In this document: positions 46,619 through 48,241 of the stretch, in pieces
Numbering within the stretch: position 1 is the first letter of the stretch
Layout: every line of letters starts with the position of its first letter
Source: an uncultured Candidatus Saccharibacteria bacterium
GTDB lineage: Bacteria; Patescibacteriota; Saccharimonadia; Saccharimonadales; Saccharimonadaceae
Length of the DNA stretch: 48,241 nucleotides
Assembly (NCBI GenBank): GCA_947565505.1
Contig: CANOGH010000001.1
Coordinates: forward strand, 1 to 48,241
Reading direction: 5' to 3'
Made by a program: the position numbers and the translations under genes
Notes under the pieces: model-generated
Databases searched by the model: none
The model's input: only the letters and a program-made list of their open reading frames with translations
What the model was told of the DNA's origin: nothing

Positions 46619-47297
46619 TTTGGAGGGTTCCGTTTTCTAGGCTAATGATGCGATCGGCCATGTGTGCAATTTGTTGATCATGAGTAACAATGATGAGCGC
46701 GGTATTTTGTTGATTTTTGATATTTAGTAGTAAATTGATGATATTTGCGCCGTTTGCGGTATCTAAATTATCTGTAGGCTCATCGGCTAAGATGGCTTTT
46801 GGTTGATTAATGATGGCGCGGGCAATTGCAGCGCGCTGCAGTTGCCCGCCAGACAAGGTGCTTGGTTTCTGTTGAAGCTGACTAGTGATGCCGACTAGCT
46901 CTGCTACATTTTGGACTAATTTTCGACGTTTTGTGGGGCTTATGCGTGCTGGCATGAGTGGAATTTCGATGTTTTTGGCGATTGTCAGATGTGGCTGCAT
47001 ATAGAAAAATTGAAAAACGAATCCTAAAGTTTGATTGCGGAGTTTGGCGAGTTGTCTGTCAGTTAATTTGTTGGTATTTTTGCTCATGATGTATACATCG
47101 CCGGTAGTTGGACGGTCGATACAGCCTAAGATATGTAGTAGGGTGCTTTTGCCGTTGCCACTTGGACCAACAATTGCCAAAAATTCTCCGGGCCATACCT
47201 GTAAAGTAATGTTTTTGAGTACTTCTAAATTTCCAAAACGCTTAGTGAGGCTGTTGGCTTGAATAATAGGAGACTGTTGGATAGTTGAGGGCTGCAT
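46605..47297 (-). CDS. ABC transporter ATP-binding protein (LolD/MacB-like)
   Basis: GPSGNGKST, GFVFQ, LSGGQLQR, ILADEPT, VTHD. Confidence 0.95.
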   Translation of the reverse strand: MQPSTIQQSPIIQANSLTKRFGNLEVLKNITLQVWPGEFLAIVGPSGNGKSTLLHILGCIDRPTTGDVYIMSKNTNKLTDRQLAKLRNQTLGFVFQFFYMQPHLTIAKNIEIPLMPARISPTKRRKLVQNVAELVGITSQLQQKPSTLSGGQLQRAAIARAIINQPKAILADEPTDNLDTANGANIINLLLNIKNQQNTALIIVTHDQQIAHMADRIISLENGTLQNVKI

Positions 47298-47300
47298 AGT

Positions 47301-47624
47301 TTAGTAGGCACAGTACCAAGAGTAGGGGTTGTTATAGTCATCGTATCCTGCTGTCGCTTTACTCCCGTATGCTCGTCTACATTCCTGGTATACGTTAAGT
47401 TGCACGGATCCAGACTGAATGTAATTCAAATGACACGCCCATCCGTGCACGTTGTATTGCCCTGGCTTAATGAAAACCTCCCAGTGGTGTGCGGCGGGAT
47501 ATTGGTATTTGCAGGCATTATACATTGATACACCCACTTTTGTTATAGCGCTTGTTGATTGAGTATTGATAAATACTGGTTCCAGAAGCATCATTGGAGC
47601 GATCGTTATGGTAGATTTATTCAT
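47301..47624 (-). CDS. Small Cys/Trp two-repeat protein, possibly exported
   Basis: Repeats VSMYNACKYQYP..HGWAC and LNVYQECRRAYG..YSWYC; TATAAT and AAGG upstream; 3 nt from the ABC ATPase start. Confidence 0.7.
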   Translation of the reverse strand: MNKSTITIAPMMLLEPVFINTQSTSAITKVGVSMYNACKYQYPAAHHWEVFIKPGQYNVHGWACHLNYIQSGSVQLNVYQECRRAYGSKATAGYDDYNNPYSWYCAY

Positions 47625-47758
47625 GACTTTTTACCTTTATCTTATTATAGCAACTATTAGCGTTTTGTTGAAGCTATTTCGAATTTTTACTAATGAATAC
47701 GAAAATTGGGCTAGTATTTTGGGTAATGCTATGATATAATCTGGGGTAGGTAGTTTGT

Positions 47759-47835
47759 GGTCTCGTCGTCTAGTGGTCCAGGACGCCTGGTTCTCATCCA
47801 GGAAATCGCGGGTTCGACTCCCGCCGGGACTACCA
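47759..47835 (+). tRNA. tRNA-Glu (anticodon CTC)
   Basis: Cloverleaf GGTCTCG..CCTGG-TTCTCAT-CCAGG..GCGGG-TTCGACT-CCCGC-CGGGACT-A-CCA; TGaTATAAT upstream, hairpin with T-run downstream. Confidence 0.97.
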
Positions 47836-47975
47836 CGGAAGTAAAAACAAGCTCTCGGGCTTATTTTTTGTTGCCGTGATTATGTTTTCCAGGGTTAGGA
47901 AGAACCCACCGTGAAATATGCTATTTACGATAGTGGCTGTATCCGGAGAAAAATGTTTGCTTTTTGGAGATGCGA

Positions 47976-48135
47976 TGGACTGTGATTGCGGATTTTCCGT
48001 TAGGAAAATCCGCAGTTTGCTGGGTCCACTATGTAGGATATTGAGTTTTTGATATAAAATATAACAAGAGAAGCTTTAGGGATAGCGACTTCTCTTGTTA
48101 TTTCGCAGCAACTAAACGTTGCTTATATACCTATA
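47976..48135 (-). ncRNA. Candidate multi-hairpin small RNA with its own promoter
   Basis: TTGACT-17-TACAAT (48169-48141); perfect 13-bp (48061-48101) and 12-bp (47987-48014) stems; no ORF. Confidence 0.4.
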
Positions 48136-48241
48136 TCTCTATTGTATCACACTTTTACTAAAAAGTCAATAGTTTTATCACGTAAATTGGTCTTGTCGCA
48201 TAATTCCATCAAAAAAGTAGTGTTATACTTGTAATATGTAT

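Noticed and set aside
882-47262. Remaining short antisense or alternate-frame ORFs inside long genes
   Set aside because: Fully nested in well-supported CDSs, with no motifs or initiation signals

Overview
Chromosomal window that, from its gene content, is most likely from a host-associated Saccharibacteria (TM7, Patescibacteria/CPR) genome; this taxonomy is an inference. Core genes: a reduced dcw cluster (ftsI-mraY-ftsW-murG-ftsQ-like), a CPR-type VirB4/TraG-like ATPase, a sigma4/HARE-HTH protein, topA, dprA, tsaB, pth, GT2/galU surface-glycan genes, prfA-prmC, htrA, lepB, dus, der, tRNA-Val(CAC) and tRNA-Glu(CTC). Accessory genes: a Panacea-Fic toxin-antitoxin pair, an AT-rich GNAT islet, czcD, TetR-MMPL, a flavin reductase-rubredoxin fusion, and an ABC exporter with a Cys/Trp-repeat protein. 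The most interesting signals are non-coding. (1) A ~530-nt highly structured RNA at ~17382-17914 has the motif series I recall for ROOL RNA. It is faced head-on by a second ~330-nt structured RNA under a perfect TTGACA-17-TATAAT promoter, with a tRNA-Ala-like 3' fragment near the junction. (2) An orphan one-spacer type II-A CRISPR has an intact promoter, an ATTTGAG leader anchor and a leader-repeat anti-repeat. (3) An orphan copy of the TetR/MMPL operator array lies 32 kb from the TetR gene. (4) Three near-identical consensus promoters fire antisense into gene 3' ends. (5) There are several promoter-plus-hairpin sRNA candidates. (6) Leaderless gene starts are pervasive. All calls were made by eye; no searches were run.
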